Positions 15,101 through 28,700 of a stretch of 64,000 nt of DNA are shown here, one piece after another. Source of the stretch: Hormiphora californensis (taxonomy: Eukaryota; Animalia; Ctenophora); assembly GCA_020137815.1 (NCBI GenBank), contig CM035357.1, positions 3,906,001-3,970,000 of the forward strand, given 5' to 3'. A program made the position numbers and the translations under genes. Positions within the stretch are counted from its first letter, which is position 1; each line of letters opens with the position of its first letter. The notes below the pieces were generated by a model that ran no database searches, was not told the origin of the DNA, and saw nothing but the letters and a program-made list of their open reading frames with translations.

Positions 15101-18100
15101 TGTCAAAAGTTAGGTCTAGGTCCCCTGAGTAACCATCCGGAGACTCTAAGAGATATTTCAAGCCGTTCTCCTGTAATCATTAATCCCGGTGGAGAAAGAA
15201 ATACAATGCGGACGTACGTGAGCGCTGGCAGGCTGTTTACATGTTATTGTATGTCTCTCACTCTCCCTGGAAAAACCGCACGTGCGGTTGCGCCGCGCGA
15301 GATAACTCTTTCTCAAGGGGGAGAAAAGAGAGAGACGCACATTAACGTTATACATTAAAGTTGAGGTTGTAGGCAATTGCACGTACGTCCATACTCAAAT
15401 ATGTGCTCTACCGGGATTAATGATTACAGGAGAACGGCTTGAAATATCTCTTAGAGTCTCCGGATGGTTACTCAGGGGACCTAGACCTAACTTTTGACAC
15501 CCATGGTTTTACCCCAAGTTGAAAAAAAATAGTTAGGTTTTTGTTATGATCAGCAACATTTCAAATGCTGATTACACCAAGATGAAAACAGTTTGTGAAA
15601 AAGTAACACCTGTTTAGAGGTCGTGTCGAGGCTCCAAACAGATGTGACAAAAACTGGAACAATTGGGAGAGGTCGATGTAGTTATCGACTCTACTAACAG
15701 AGCGACTGTGTGAGACAGTGTTAATTATGTTCGTGCCCGAGTAAGCTTGTTTTTTTGTACAGATCATGATTATTTGGGAGACGATTGGGCCATTCCGGCA
15801 TGCTCCCAGGCAGTATTGAGCTAGGAATGCACATCTAGAAAACCCAATTTGGTGAATGTTGTTCAAGACAAATTACGTACATCTCCATTTTTTAGATACC
15901 CTCATTCATGCACATTCCCTCAACCACCTCCCTCTACAATATGAATCGACCCGAAATTCATTCTTTTCAGGGGAGTACAAAAACCAGATTCTGATAAGAT
16001 TTACACCAGCACCTCAGGGTTTAATGTCATAGTGTCACAGGTTAGTACTGACCCATTGCTCGAGTCCCAGTCTCATAAAATAGGGTTTCAAGTTTGAACA
16101 AAACAACCTGGCATACTCTTACCCTCCAAATTTTCCACAATTATTCCCCTTTTTAGATAGACGCAGTGCTGCCACTAGACGCAAGGGAAGCCTTCCCGGG
16201 GAATGCAAAGGCGGCTAAGCTCTGGGATGACTATGTAAAAAACCAATGTCCTCGGCTTTCTACTGGTATTTTAATCTCACATAAATGATTTTATTATACC
16301 CCGCTCAAAACGATGAAGATAAAATATTGCAATCCCTCATTCTCTTTAACGATCTCTTTAACGATCTGACATGCTTACGGCATGACAAAAATTCTTGCTG
16401 CGTATACACGTGGTGGACCACCCGCTGTGTTTTCATTCGCTCTAGAAGCTCTTTAAATTAGGGGAGCTAAGTGACTAAATATGTATTCCTTCTAGATCTT
16501 ATCACATATCTTCTCACAGATCTTTTTTCTGACATTTCCCGGAAATATCACTTTAAATGATATCTCGTGATAATGCCACTATAATTTTGAGAATCGAAAG
16601 ATCATTTTATTTATCGATTACCAACTCATGAGAATTCAGACAGCTTGCTCTTCGTCGTGGGAGGGATCGGGGGGGGGGGGGGGCTCAACACCTAACTGTA
16701 TGACACTCATGACTCTTAGTGGGGTGGTACCCCGGAGGGGTCCGACAGTTAGGCGCTTGCGCCTAACTGTCGATAATCTAATTAACTGGGTACTCTTTTA
16801 GATGATCTACAGTAAAAAATTAGTAAATTTACATCAATTTTAACATCGTATCAGCCAAAAAATTTGCTTTGAGTGCAAAATTCACCCGGAAATCCAGTTT
16901 TGAAGCTTAGTCATCAATTTTACACCCATTTGTGGCAGGGAAACACCGCATTATGAATACATAATCAATAATTATTGTTTAGGTTACTAGTACAATATTA
17001 TGACTGGTCACGTGATTCAGAACCAAGTGATGCACCCGTTCTGGCCTCTGATGGGCTGTTGACTGCAGTCATGTGATGATCATTAACCCATGTTATGACC
17101 ATATATGGTTAATATGTGGTTCACGTGATACGTTTGTTCTGCCGTTATTGGTTCTGAACCTAGTGAGGCACCCGTTCTGGCCTCTGATCGGCTATTGATT
17201 GCAGAGTGCAGGCACGGGATAACTCTGATTGGTTGTTCAGTGTTCACTGCAATCACGTGATGATCATGTGACCCATTCTTTGACCATATATGGTCAAAAT
17301 ATTGTTCACGTGACCTAATATACTGTACACAATATTGTATTTACTCACTAACATTTGGAATTTGGATCAAAATTTGATTGAATTTGGGGTACCTACAGCA
17401 TCTTAACAGTTAGATGTAACGCCTAAGTGTTAATTGAATTAGACAAGGGTGGTACCTAGAGAAATTTGGGAATTTTATACAGTTAGAGTCATGAGTGTCA
17501 TACAGTTAGGTGTTGAGCCCCCCCCCCCCCCCCCCCCCCCCCCCCGGAGGGATCGCTCCCAGCAACGTCGACTGTTGACAGCTTGAGTTTTTGAATTTCC
17601 AAGAAATGACCCATCCAGCTTAAACGGGTTAATAATGACTGAGAATTCAGACAGCTTGCTCTTCGTCGTGGGAGGGATCGCTCCCAGCAGCGTCGACTGT
17701 TGACAGCTTGAGTTTTTGAATTTCCAAGAAATGACCCATCCAGCTTAAACGGGTTAATAATGACTGAGAATTCAGACAGCTTGCTCTTCGTCGTGGGAGG
17801 GATCGCTCCCAGCAGCGTCGACTGTTGACAGCTTGAGTTTTTGAGTTCCTAAAAATGACCCCATCCAGCTTAAACGGGTTAATAAATATATAGTTTCACA
17901 GTTATAAAATGACATAATTTATTCCATTCCAGTTAGATAACGGTTAAAAGTTTTCCAATTTACCCCTATATCACGGGGTGATCGGTTATACGGTGTAAAT
18001 TCTCAGGAACTGTCGTTAAATAATTAAATCATTCTCACAATTTCCCCTTCAAATATATAAATGGCTCATCTATAAAGCGTAATGCTTTGACGTACTATTT

Positions 18101-21100
18101 CTCCCACAATGCCTCCCCCAAACAACCCTCTTCTACTCTTCCTCCTCCCCCAAAAAACCCCCTCCTACTCCCCCTCTTCTCCCACAAACAAGCCTCTTCT
18201 GCTCCCCCTCTCCTATCCTACTTCCCCTCTTCTCCCCCAACAAACCCCCTCTCCTATCCTCCTTCCCCTCTTCTCCCCCAACAAACCCCCTCTCCTATCC
18301 TCCTTCCCCTATCCTCCTCTCATGCTGATGCTGGAACCCAAGTTCTTACAGGATACAGGACGGCAGACCAGAGTTGCAAGGACATTCTAGCGGAGTTGCA
18401 GGGTCTAGTTCGTGATGTTACCAAGGGTCAATGCCAGATGGAGGTGTGTATCAATAACTGGGGATGGTCGCCCACTGACGCCGCTGAGCAGGTATAACTC
18501 CACATTGCCAAGTTAGACTGCCATTTGAACAAAGCAAACTCCACAAACTTAAACAGCTGTAGCTCCGCAAAGCTTCTGTTAAAAGTTGTTATCATTTGGT
18601 CCCCCCCCCCCCCGTTTCTGTTTTAGAATTCTTTGACAGCTCTTGAGGTTCACGGTAACTTTTCTCAATCTCTGGAATTAGAGTCGACTAGACAGTTAAA
18701 TCTGCTGGTTAGGTGTACTCCAGAAACGAAACTTTCCAGACATAAATTCCCTAGATTCCTGTCAACTCTACTTTGAATTTAGAAACAAATAAAGAACAAA
18801 GCTGACCTCTCCCTTCAATAGAACAAAAGATTTCCCTTTGAAGAAGTCTTGCAACAAACCATTTATAATCTATTGTACGGATAGAGAAACTTCAACTAAT
18901 TTGCAAGACTAGACTATTTAAATCGATATTTGCGAAACTTCATCAGAAGTTGTCCAGGAATATCTTTACTTTGAGTTTAATGCATATTTATAGTAAACGG
19001 CTGTCAAGGGCTTGGGCATCAATAAAGAAAGTAGTTAATCTAGCGAGATATTTTAATTCATTTTCCTGTCAACCTCCCAATAACAAATCTATTTATTGAT
19101 GCCCAAGCCCTTGACAGCCGTTTACTATAAATATGCATTAAATTCAAAGTAAAGATATTCCTAGACGACTTCTGATCCTCTGCAACACCCCATAGCTATT
19201 CAGTTCAGCTAAAACTATTTCCACCCCATTAAAATATAATAACCTCGCCGTACCTGACAGTTCAGCTAAAACAATTATCTCCCCCATCCCCATTGAAATC
19301 AAGTGTCTCCCTCCCTGTCAGGATGAAATTCCTCCTCCGCCCCCTTGTGTCTGAACCAGTTTATAATCCCCTCCCTCCTGTCCTACCAGAGCATTGGTCT
19401 GAACCTATTCTAATTTCGCGTGGGAACTGTGGTCAGAGCATTTGCCTGACAGCTCCTGTAAGGAATTTCCCTCTATAATTCTGTCCAAACCAGTTTCCAG
19501 GAATTTTCCTCTATAATTATGTCTAAACCAGTCCCCCCTCCGTCCCCCCCCCTGTCAGGAATTTTCCTCTATGATTCTGTCTAAACCACTTTCTCCCCCT
19601 GCCAGGAGTTTTCCTCCATAATTCTGTCTAAACCAATTCCCCCTCCTCTATAATTCTGTCTCAACCAGTTCCTCCCCCTGTCCTAGGAGTTTAGTGAGGG
19701 TGCTGTCACTGCTGAGGACCAATCAGGGAACAGGGATGGAATTCTCTTTCTACCCGAAGGTAGGCTTCCTAGAATTAGGGGACAGTTTCCTGTCAGTTCA
19801 TTTTCCTAACCCTATTCTGACAGACAGTTTCCAGCATTCTTCCCCTGACTTGATAGATTCATGGCCCCCCGGATTCATCCATTCCACTCTCAATTCCCAC
19901 AGCCACTTCCGATCGTGCTACAATATTTATAAAAAACAACTAAATCATCACCATGTTTATATGTACAAGCTGAAGTCCTAACTCTCAACACGACAACTAT
20001 TTTCCCCACCTTATACAACTGCTCGACAACTATATTTCCCACATGACAGATGGCTCCGTGGTCATTGAGACAGGGAGGAGGGATCCTGTTGCAGCGGACC
20101 ACTTCCCCAGGACTGGATCTAGCGATATTCTCCTCTCACATAAACCCGTACGTCTTTAATCAAAACTTATGATGAAATATTTTACGGAAGCAATTAATTT
20201 TTTTATCAATTACAAATTTCCCCATTTAAGGCCAAACCCGCCCCAGAATCTAGGATTGATAGATGGCTTTTTTATCTTGCCCCCCCCCCCCCCCATATTC
20301 GTATTAATCCTAATCCCTCCCCAGAGTGATAAATCCTGGATAGTAAGAGTTGAAGTTACCCACGTTTCCAGCAAAGGCAACAAAATACCCCAGCCCTACA
20401 CGTGCGGAGACAAAACACATGATCCCTACACTACCCAGACCGTCCAGGGAATAGTTGTTTCCTGTACAACCGAGACCCGGATACCGGGGGCCTGTCTGGA
20501 TGCTGATGCAACCTACACCGTTACCGTGACGGTGGAGAAGAGTATGGTGGGGGTACCGTGCAGTGGGAGGAAGGTGGACACAAGTGACAGTCTGAGAGTT
20601 GACAAGGTAAGGGTTTCTGTCATAGTGACGTGTATTTAATGGGGGCTTTCTGTCACAGTGACGTGTATTTAATGGTAAATGGGGGCTTTCTGTCAGAGTG
20701 ACGTGTATTTTAATCTGTCTGGATTAACCTGCCAGCTGGTCAAATATGTGGCATAATCTTACAATGACGGGTTGGTTGTCTGGTAATCTGTCACTTTTCT
20801 CCAAAAATGCTTTGTCACCCTTTCAAATATCACTGAAAATCTCTACCACTACTTCTCTTCCCCTCTATACTATCACTATACTACTACTATTATACTACTA
20901 CCCTATTATATACTACAGATCACTATCATGACTATACTTCTCAGGTTACCCTATCACTCCCAGCGAGTGCAGCGGAAGCGTTCCCCGACAGTGCCACCCT
21001 CCAAGACCTATACTCTGATTACCTGGATAAACGGTGTTACGAAGTTAGAAACCTTGCTTGTGATGACCTGGATGTCCAGATAATTGTAGGAGAACTGGGA

Positions 21101-21113
21101 AACGATGCAGTTG
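153..21113 (+). CDS. Laminin exons 1-17: at least four tandem LF-like (laminin IV type B) domains
   Basis: Repeating ~190-230 aa units begin C-x4-C (DCNVRLC, DCSVELC, QCQMEVC). Each has C-x6-Y ([36 protein letters not shown]), LP..(EA)FP, and a terminal C...C helical segment. The last unit runs into [16 protein letters not shown], like the LF-LE junction of beta chains. Confidence 0.75.
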
Positions 21114-22644
21114 GTGAGTGTTTCAAGATTCAAAGATTCTAGTGGTAATGAAATTACCCCTCCGCAAAAGCTCACGGATATAATGAAATAATAGGGATGA
21201 CTTCGTAACCAAAAGATTCTGAGTGTCAGTCATGGTGCAAATGTAGTGAAGTTTTCACACCGCTTTCAGTTTTAATCAAATTCAGCTGAGTATGCTCGCG
21301 GTAATCCAGCTAGACTCAAGCTATTCTTGAATAAAGTACCGTGAGTTCGTAGACGTACTAGAAATTTTGCCAAATTATTAGCCGAGATCGGGTATGATAA
21401 ATTCTCCCGACAGGTGGAATTTTTTCAATTAGTGAATATCGCGGAGTTTTTACGTCAGCCGACCCGGAAACCTGATTAAATTTGGCCACCCGCTGGTCTC
21501 AGGGCCTCCAAATATGTCAAAATATGTCTAAATTGTCATTTGTCATAATTTATGTACAAATTTATGAATATCTCAGTAATGACGCATACTAGAGAGAAAT
21601 CAACGGTTCTAACCGACGCAAAATATTCGATTTATATATGGGGGGTCTTACTCGGGACAATTTTCTCTAACTTTTTGTTATATGCGCATAATTATGACAA
21701 TATGCATATCTGAATATCTCAAGTTCTACTTATGATAGCGGCTTTTCATTGGTCGCATTGGACGGAGAATAGTCGATTTATGGGGGGTCGTCCCCCAGAC
21801 AAAAAGTCATATCTTGCACCGTTTAGCCGTTATTTGCATATTTATGCACCGATTCAGAATTTATGCATTTTCTGGATATTTCCACTTCAGCTGGTCCTAG
21901 AAAGTTTTCATGGACATATTTCGACGCAGAATGGTCGATTTATGGGGGGTCGTCCCCCGGACAAAAAGTTGTATCTCCCACCGTTTAGCCGTTATTTGCA
22001 TATATTTATGCGCCGATTCATGATTTAGTGCATATTCTGAATATTTCCACTTTGGCTGGTCCTAGAAAGTTTTCATGGACATATTTCGATACAAAATACT
22101 CGATTTATGGGGGGTCGTCCCCTGGACAAAAAGTTGTATCTCCCACCGTTTAGCCGTTATTTGCATATTTATGCGCCGATTCATGATTTAGTGCATATTC
22201 TGAATATTTCCACTTCAGCTGGTCCTAGAAAGTTTTCATGGAGATATTTCGACGCAGAATGGTCGATTTATGGGGGGTTGTCCCCCGGACAAAAAGTTGT
22301 ATCTCCCACCGTTAAGCTGTTATTTAGATATTTATGCGCCGATTCATGAATTAGTGCATATTCTGAATATTTCCACTTCAGCTGGTCCTAGAAAGTTTTC
22401 ATGGACATATTTCGACGCAGAATGGTCGATTTATGGGGGGTCGTCCCCCGCACAAAAAGTCGTATCTTGCACCGTTTAGCCGTTATTTGCATATTTGTGA
22501 TACCTGTTTACAAAAATCCTGAGAAACTAGACCAAAAAACAAAAGAAATTTGTTTGGAACACCCGTGGCCTTTTGTCGATACTTGACGCTGCGGGAAATG
22601 CACCCTTCGTCAGAGCAAGACGTGTGGAAGAGTGAGAGAGAGAG

Positions 22645-22728
<84 letters not shown>

Positions 22729-25700
22729 TGCGTGTGTTAGAACTTGGAGAGATGGCACAACGATACCTAGTAGCTCAGATTAGGGGTGCATTTCCCGCAG
22801 CGTCAAGTATCGACAAAAGGCCACGGGTGTTCCAAACAAATTTCTTTTGTTTTTTGGTCTAGTATATATATATTATATATATACCTCGACCAAAACGCGG
22901 AGTTTTTACGTCAGCCGACCCGAAACCGGATTAAATTTGGCCACCCGCTGGTCTCAGGGCCTCCAAATATGTCAAAATATGTCTGAATTGTCATTTGGGG
23001 TCATTTAGACCTTTTAATTACATGTAATTACCCTTTAATTACATGTAATTACATTTTAATTACATGTAATTACTTCCAATTACATTCCAATTACTTTAGG
23101 ACCTCGAGAGCTTTCGAACGCACCCTAGAACACCTTTCTACTTCTTATAATTGCCGAGTTCTGTATACCCCTTAGTTTGACTGTTTTTCGCGTCCTACCC
23201 CTTATAGGTTTGGGTATGGCCATCGCCACACCCCCTATACGTCGCGGGACCTCGAGACCTTTCCAACGAGCCATAGAACATCTCTCTACTACTTCAGGGG
23301 GCTTCAAAACTTTCACTCTAAAAATATCTATGGTTTATGGTTTATGGTTATGGTTTTACCTCGACCAAAACGCGGAGTTTTTACGTCAGCCGACCCGAAA
23401 CCGGATTAAATTTGGCCACCCGCTGGTCTCAGGGTCTCAGAACATGTCAAAATATGTTTAAATTATCATTCTGGGTCATTTAGACCTTTTAATTACATGT
23501 AATTACCCTTTAATTACATGTAATTACATTTTAATTACATGTAATTACTTCCAATTACATTCCAATTACTTCAGTACCTCGAGAGCTTTCGAACGCACCC
23601 TAGAACACCTTTCTACTCCTTCTAATTGCCGAGTTCAGCATACCCCTTATTTTGACTGTTTTTCGCGTCCTACCCCTTATAGGTTTGGGTGTCATGGCCA
23701 TCGCCACATCCCCTATACGTCGCGGGACCTCGAGACCTTTCCAACGAGCCATAGAACACCTCTCTACTACTTCAGGGGGCTTCAAAACTTTCACTCTAAA
23801 AATATCTATGGTTTTATGGTTTATGGTTACCTCGACCAAAACGCGGAGTTTTTACGTCAGCCGACCCGAAACCGGATTAAATTTTGCCACCCGCTGGTCT
23901 CAGGGCCTCCAAATGTGTCAAAATATGTCTGAATTGTCATTTGGGGTCATTTAGACCTTTTAATTACATGTAATTACCCTTTAATTACATATAATTACAT
24001 TTTAATTACATGTAATTACTTCCAATTACATTCCAATTACTTCAGCACCTCGAGAGCTTTCGAACGCACCCTAGAACATCTTTCTACTCCTTCTAATTGC
24101 CGAGTTCTGTATACCCCTTATTTTGACTGTTTTTCGCGTCCTACCCCTTATAGGTTTGGGTATGGCCATCGCCACACCCCCTATACGTCGCGGGACCTTG
24201 AGACCTTTCCAACGAGCCATAGAACACCTCTCTACTACTTCAGGGGGCTTCAAAACTTTCACTCTAAAAATATCTATGGTTATGGTTTATGGTTTATGGT
24301 TTTATGGTTTTTTTTCATCTGGTATTAAGGGCCTGTCGGCTCGGCCCCGTTGTTTTAGTTTTAGGGGGGATGTTTTAGGGGGGATGGGTTGAGTTTGGGT
24401 TATATTCGGGTCGGGGGGCCTTGCCAGGCCCCGAATGGTTATGGTTTTTTTTTCATCTGGTATTAAGGGCCTGTCGGCTCGGCCCCGTTGTTTTAGTTTT
24501 AGGGGGGATGTTTTAGGGGGGATGGGTTGAGTTTGGGTTATATTCGGGTCGGGGGGCCTTGCCAGGCCCCGAATATATACATAGTAGGATTTTAGGTTAC
24601 TAACACTCCTTCACTAAAATTGACAATTGTGGCACGCGACTTTTGGCACGTCCTGCTGATCTAATATGTATAACCGCTCCTACTATAATATCAACTGGAC
24701 TCTTCAATATGAACAAAAACCCTTGAACTGTTCGTACTGAGCTGTCTCCGCACTCTTTATAAAAACAAGACGAAATTTAAAAAACCTAAAACTTATCTTC
24801 AGTTTCACTAAATATTGGCTCATATTTGAAGATCTCATAATCAAAAGTATAAATACTATTCAGCCTCTCCTGTTGCGCTCTACTCAACTGTTTTAAGTAC
24901 TCCAACACTTCTGAACCCTTTACAGTTGAAACCCCCGAAGGGTTAGCTTTGGTGTCCATTAACCTGTCCGTATACTGAGTCATATTCAGCTTATCCAACA
25001 AGTAGGGAAGTTCATCTTGTTCGTTTTCTAGTTTGGTAATGATATCCAAATCGTTATAACACACATCAGTTCGGGCGGAATTAGGTTTCCAGTGTTCGTT
25101 GGTGCCCCTCCAATCGCTTTGTGCACGTGCATAGAAAATATACTCAATAAACTCGGGAAATGTCGGCAGAGAAAGATAAGGGTTGGTTGTGTTTGGATCT
25201 GGTTTTAGCGCCCCTGTCAGCAGTCTATCTAACTCGCTCCGGTACTTCTTCTCCTGTGCTGCTGTCCACGATGTTTTATTCCTAGCGTGAACCACGGTGG
25301 GTATTATCCATTCGTCTTTTAACTCTGCCTGATCCTTCTCACTCACCATCGTCTTGCGATAGTGGGATACCAACCGAGATAAGGGATGTCTGATAATGGT
25401 AAATCTGATACTATTAGCTGGCTCCACTGCCCACTTTCGCTTTCTCGGACCAGTCTTGTTAGAAGGTTTTAACTCGTTCTTTTCGTATAGTCTGCTAGGA
25501 AATAGTAAACTAAAACTGGCATGGTTCCCCTTGACATTCGCATCCGGGCCACGAATCTCGTCAATGAAGAACATCTTCCAAGTTGTGCTGGAGGATTTAA
25601 AAACGGGCAACCATGTTACTCCAAACTTCTTAAAATAGTACATATTGTAGGATTTGTGGAACTTAGGATTCTCTCTTTCACACACTTCCCTAATGTAGGA

Positions 25701-28700
25701 CATTCGAGCTTGCACCCTAGAATGAACTTCGGGATATCTCTCTTCTGTAATTTCCTCCAGGTTTCTCTCTTCTGTGGGCAAATCCGTCTGATCATCCTCC
25801 CCATCAGATAAGCCCTCTCTGACCTCGCTCTCCTCTTCTCTCAGATCTTTCTCGGCTTGAACAGCTGGTCTTGGTGTTGCTGGATGGCTCGGCCCAAACA
25901 ATTCTTTAATTTCTGATTCTGCCCCAGTACTGTTAATGGAGGTTTGATCACTGTTGGTCTGATCTGAATTCCAGCCGAATACCACAGGCTGCTGACCACT
26001 GTCTAAGAGATTGATGCCATAATGTGTGACTATCAGGACAAGTGCTAAGGCACAACAATAGATGAAGTATCTCGATGGTCTGCTCATGGTCCCCTGCTAC
26101 CTGTCGTAAAAGTGAAGTTATATAATCAATAAACCCAGGTCTATATGGTGCGGACCTCCCACTAGGGAAACAAAATATCACTCTGTACACTCCCAAGGAC
26201 TCCACAAGGGGTACCCTCAATTGGTGACCTACAACTATGGCTCATGCAACTATGGCTCATAAAATCTATGAGCCATAGATGCATGCAACTATGGCTCATA
26301 GATTTTATGAGCCATAGATGCATACAACTATGGCTCATAGAAATGTGATCTGATTAGGTTCTATGAGCCAAAGCTAGTGAGAGTGAGAGGGACGTGAGTG
26401 ACACGTGAGTGACACGTGAGTGACACGTGAGTGACATGTGAGTGACACGTGAGTTTTCGAATCATGTAATATTAAATGAGCACAAATGTAAACGATTTAC
26501 ATAATGATAAATCTAATATTACATAATTAAAATTACACTATCAGTTCATCTTGGATATAATGGTAAAAGGGGTCCTTCTTTGGACAGTTCATAGAGCATT
26601 TCACGTGAATCAGCAGCTCCTTAACACGATGTTTATTCAAATCTAGGATCGGATAGGTACTAAACAGCCGCCTTGCATTATCACTATCAGGATCCACAGT
26701 AAAAAACTCTCCAACAGGTCTGATTTTCGAGAAAGTAGTACAGTCGGACCCCGATTTAGGGACCCCCGATTTAGGGACACCCCGATTTAGGGACAGGATT
26801 TTTTCCCCCAAAAGTTTTTGAATTTTTTTTGGGAAATTTTTTGTGCAATTTTTCAAAAAGATTCCAGCCATGTCCGAATCGTGTTTCGAATCGGTGCATC
26901 CTTCTGCTAATTAGACGGTTCGGAACGAACCGACACGTGATCCCCATGGTGCCCATTGAATCACAAGTTCACCAAGGTCCAAGCGTCAAAATTTCGATTC
27001 GATGGGGATCACGTTTCGATTCGTTCCGTCTAATTAGCAGCAGGACATGCGATAAGATGCACCGATTCGTAACACGATTCGGACGTGGCAGGTATACCTT
27101 TTAAAAATTTTATAACTTTTTTGCAAAATTTTACAGTACGATTTTCAATGCTTTGATCGGTGCTCCCCAAAAATTTTGAGAGAAAAAGTTGTTTTGAAAT
27201 TTTTATACTTTCTCACCCGCTTAGGGTGCCCCGAATCCCGATTCGGTATGGTATCACGTATCGGTTCGTTTTGAACCCGCTAATTAGACAGGATATCCAG
27301 TAAGTTGCACCGATTCGAAATACAAACCGGACGGGCTGGTATAATTTTCCACTTTTTTTTGAAAAATAATTATTTTATATTTTTCTTTTTCTAATCAGAA
27401 ATGATCATATCATCAATACATGAATATTGCATATAACAGTTAGAGGTGTCTTAAGTCTTAATAATATAGCATTTTGGGCAATAAAATAGGTTTTTTGGGT
27501 CAAATATGGCTCACCCCGATTTAGTGGACACCCCGATTTAGTGGACAAGACCCTTTCCCCCGAGGGTGTCCCTAAATCGGGGTCCGACTGTATAGGTAGG
27601 ATGTTCCAATTATAGCTAGTGAATCCACTAACAAATTCTAATGAGCGGGATGGATATTTGACAGTGTCACATATCCACCCCCCTCACTGACACGATTCTG
27701 GGATGCGTCATTAGCAGAGTGAAACGATACGAGATACGAAACTTATGATTCGGGGGAGCTCATTAGCAGTGTGTGACGATAGGTATATGGAACATGATTC
27801 GGGGAAGCTGATTAAGAGTGCTAGACGATATGAGACACGATTCGGAGAATGTTTTATCGCTCTTTCTATCTATCTCTATCTCTATCTATCTCTTTTTGTC
27901 AATTATCTTGGACTTGAGAACCAGATGAGGTGCCTACCATTATACAGTCGGACCCCGATTTAACGGCCCCCGATTTAGCGGCAGCATAATCTTCCCCCGA
28001 TATGGGAAATTAACATTATTTGACCCCGATTTAGCGGACACCCCGATTTAACGGACAAAATCCTTTCCCCCGAGGGTGCCGTTAAATCGGGGTCCGACTG
28101 TACTATAATGCGAGCTGACGCTACACACTTGGTGAGTTTAGTGCCCTTATTTTTGGTAATAAGAGCCTATCGGCTCGCCTCATTGTTTTTAGGAGGATAT
28201 GTTGTTTTAGATGGAAAGCGTTGGGTTTTTTTTCCGAGTCTTGCCAAACAGACCAAATTCAAACCATTCCATCTAAAACAACAACATATCCCCCTAAAAA
28301 CAACGGGGCTGAGCCGACATCCAGATAAAAAAGGAAAAGGAGTATGGACAAAAATAAGGGCACCAAAGTTTGTAGCTTCCTCGCATTAGTATGAGTAGGT
28401 ATCTCATCTGGTTCTCAAGATAATTGACAAAAAGAAATAGAGATAGATAGAAAGAGCGATAAAACATTCTCCGAATCGTGTCTCATATCGTCTAACACGA
28501 TCCTAATAAGCTTCCCCGAATCATGTTCCATATACCGTATCGTCTCACACTGCTAATGAGCTCCCCCGAATCATAAGTTTCGTATCTCGTATCGTTTCAC
28601 TCTGCTAATGGCGCATCCCAGAATCGTATCAGTGAGGGGGGTGGATATGTGACACTGTCACATATCCATCCCGCTCATTAGAATTTGTTAGTGGATTCAC

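Noticed and set aside
22483-24392. Repeated short ORFs ([25 protein letters not shown])
   Set aside because: They are translations of microsatellite and 473-bp tandem repeats.
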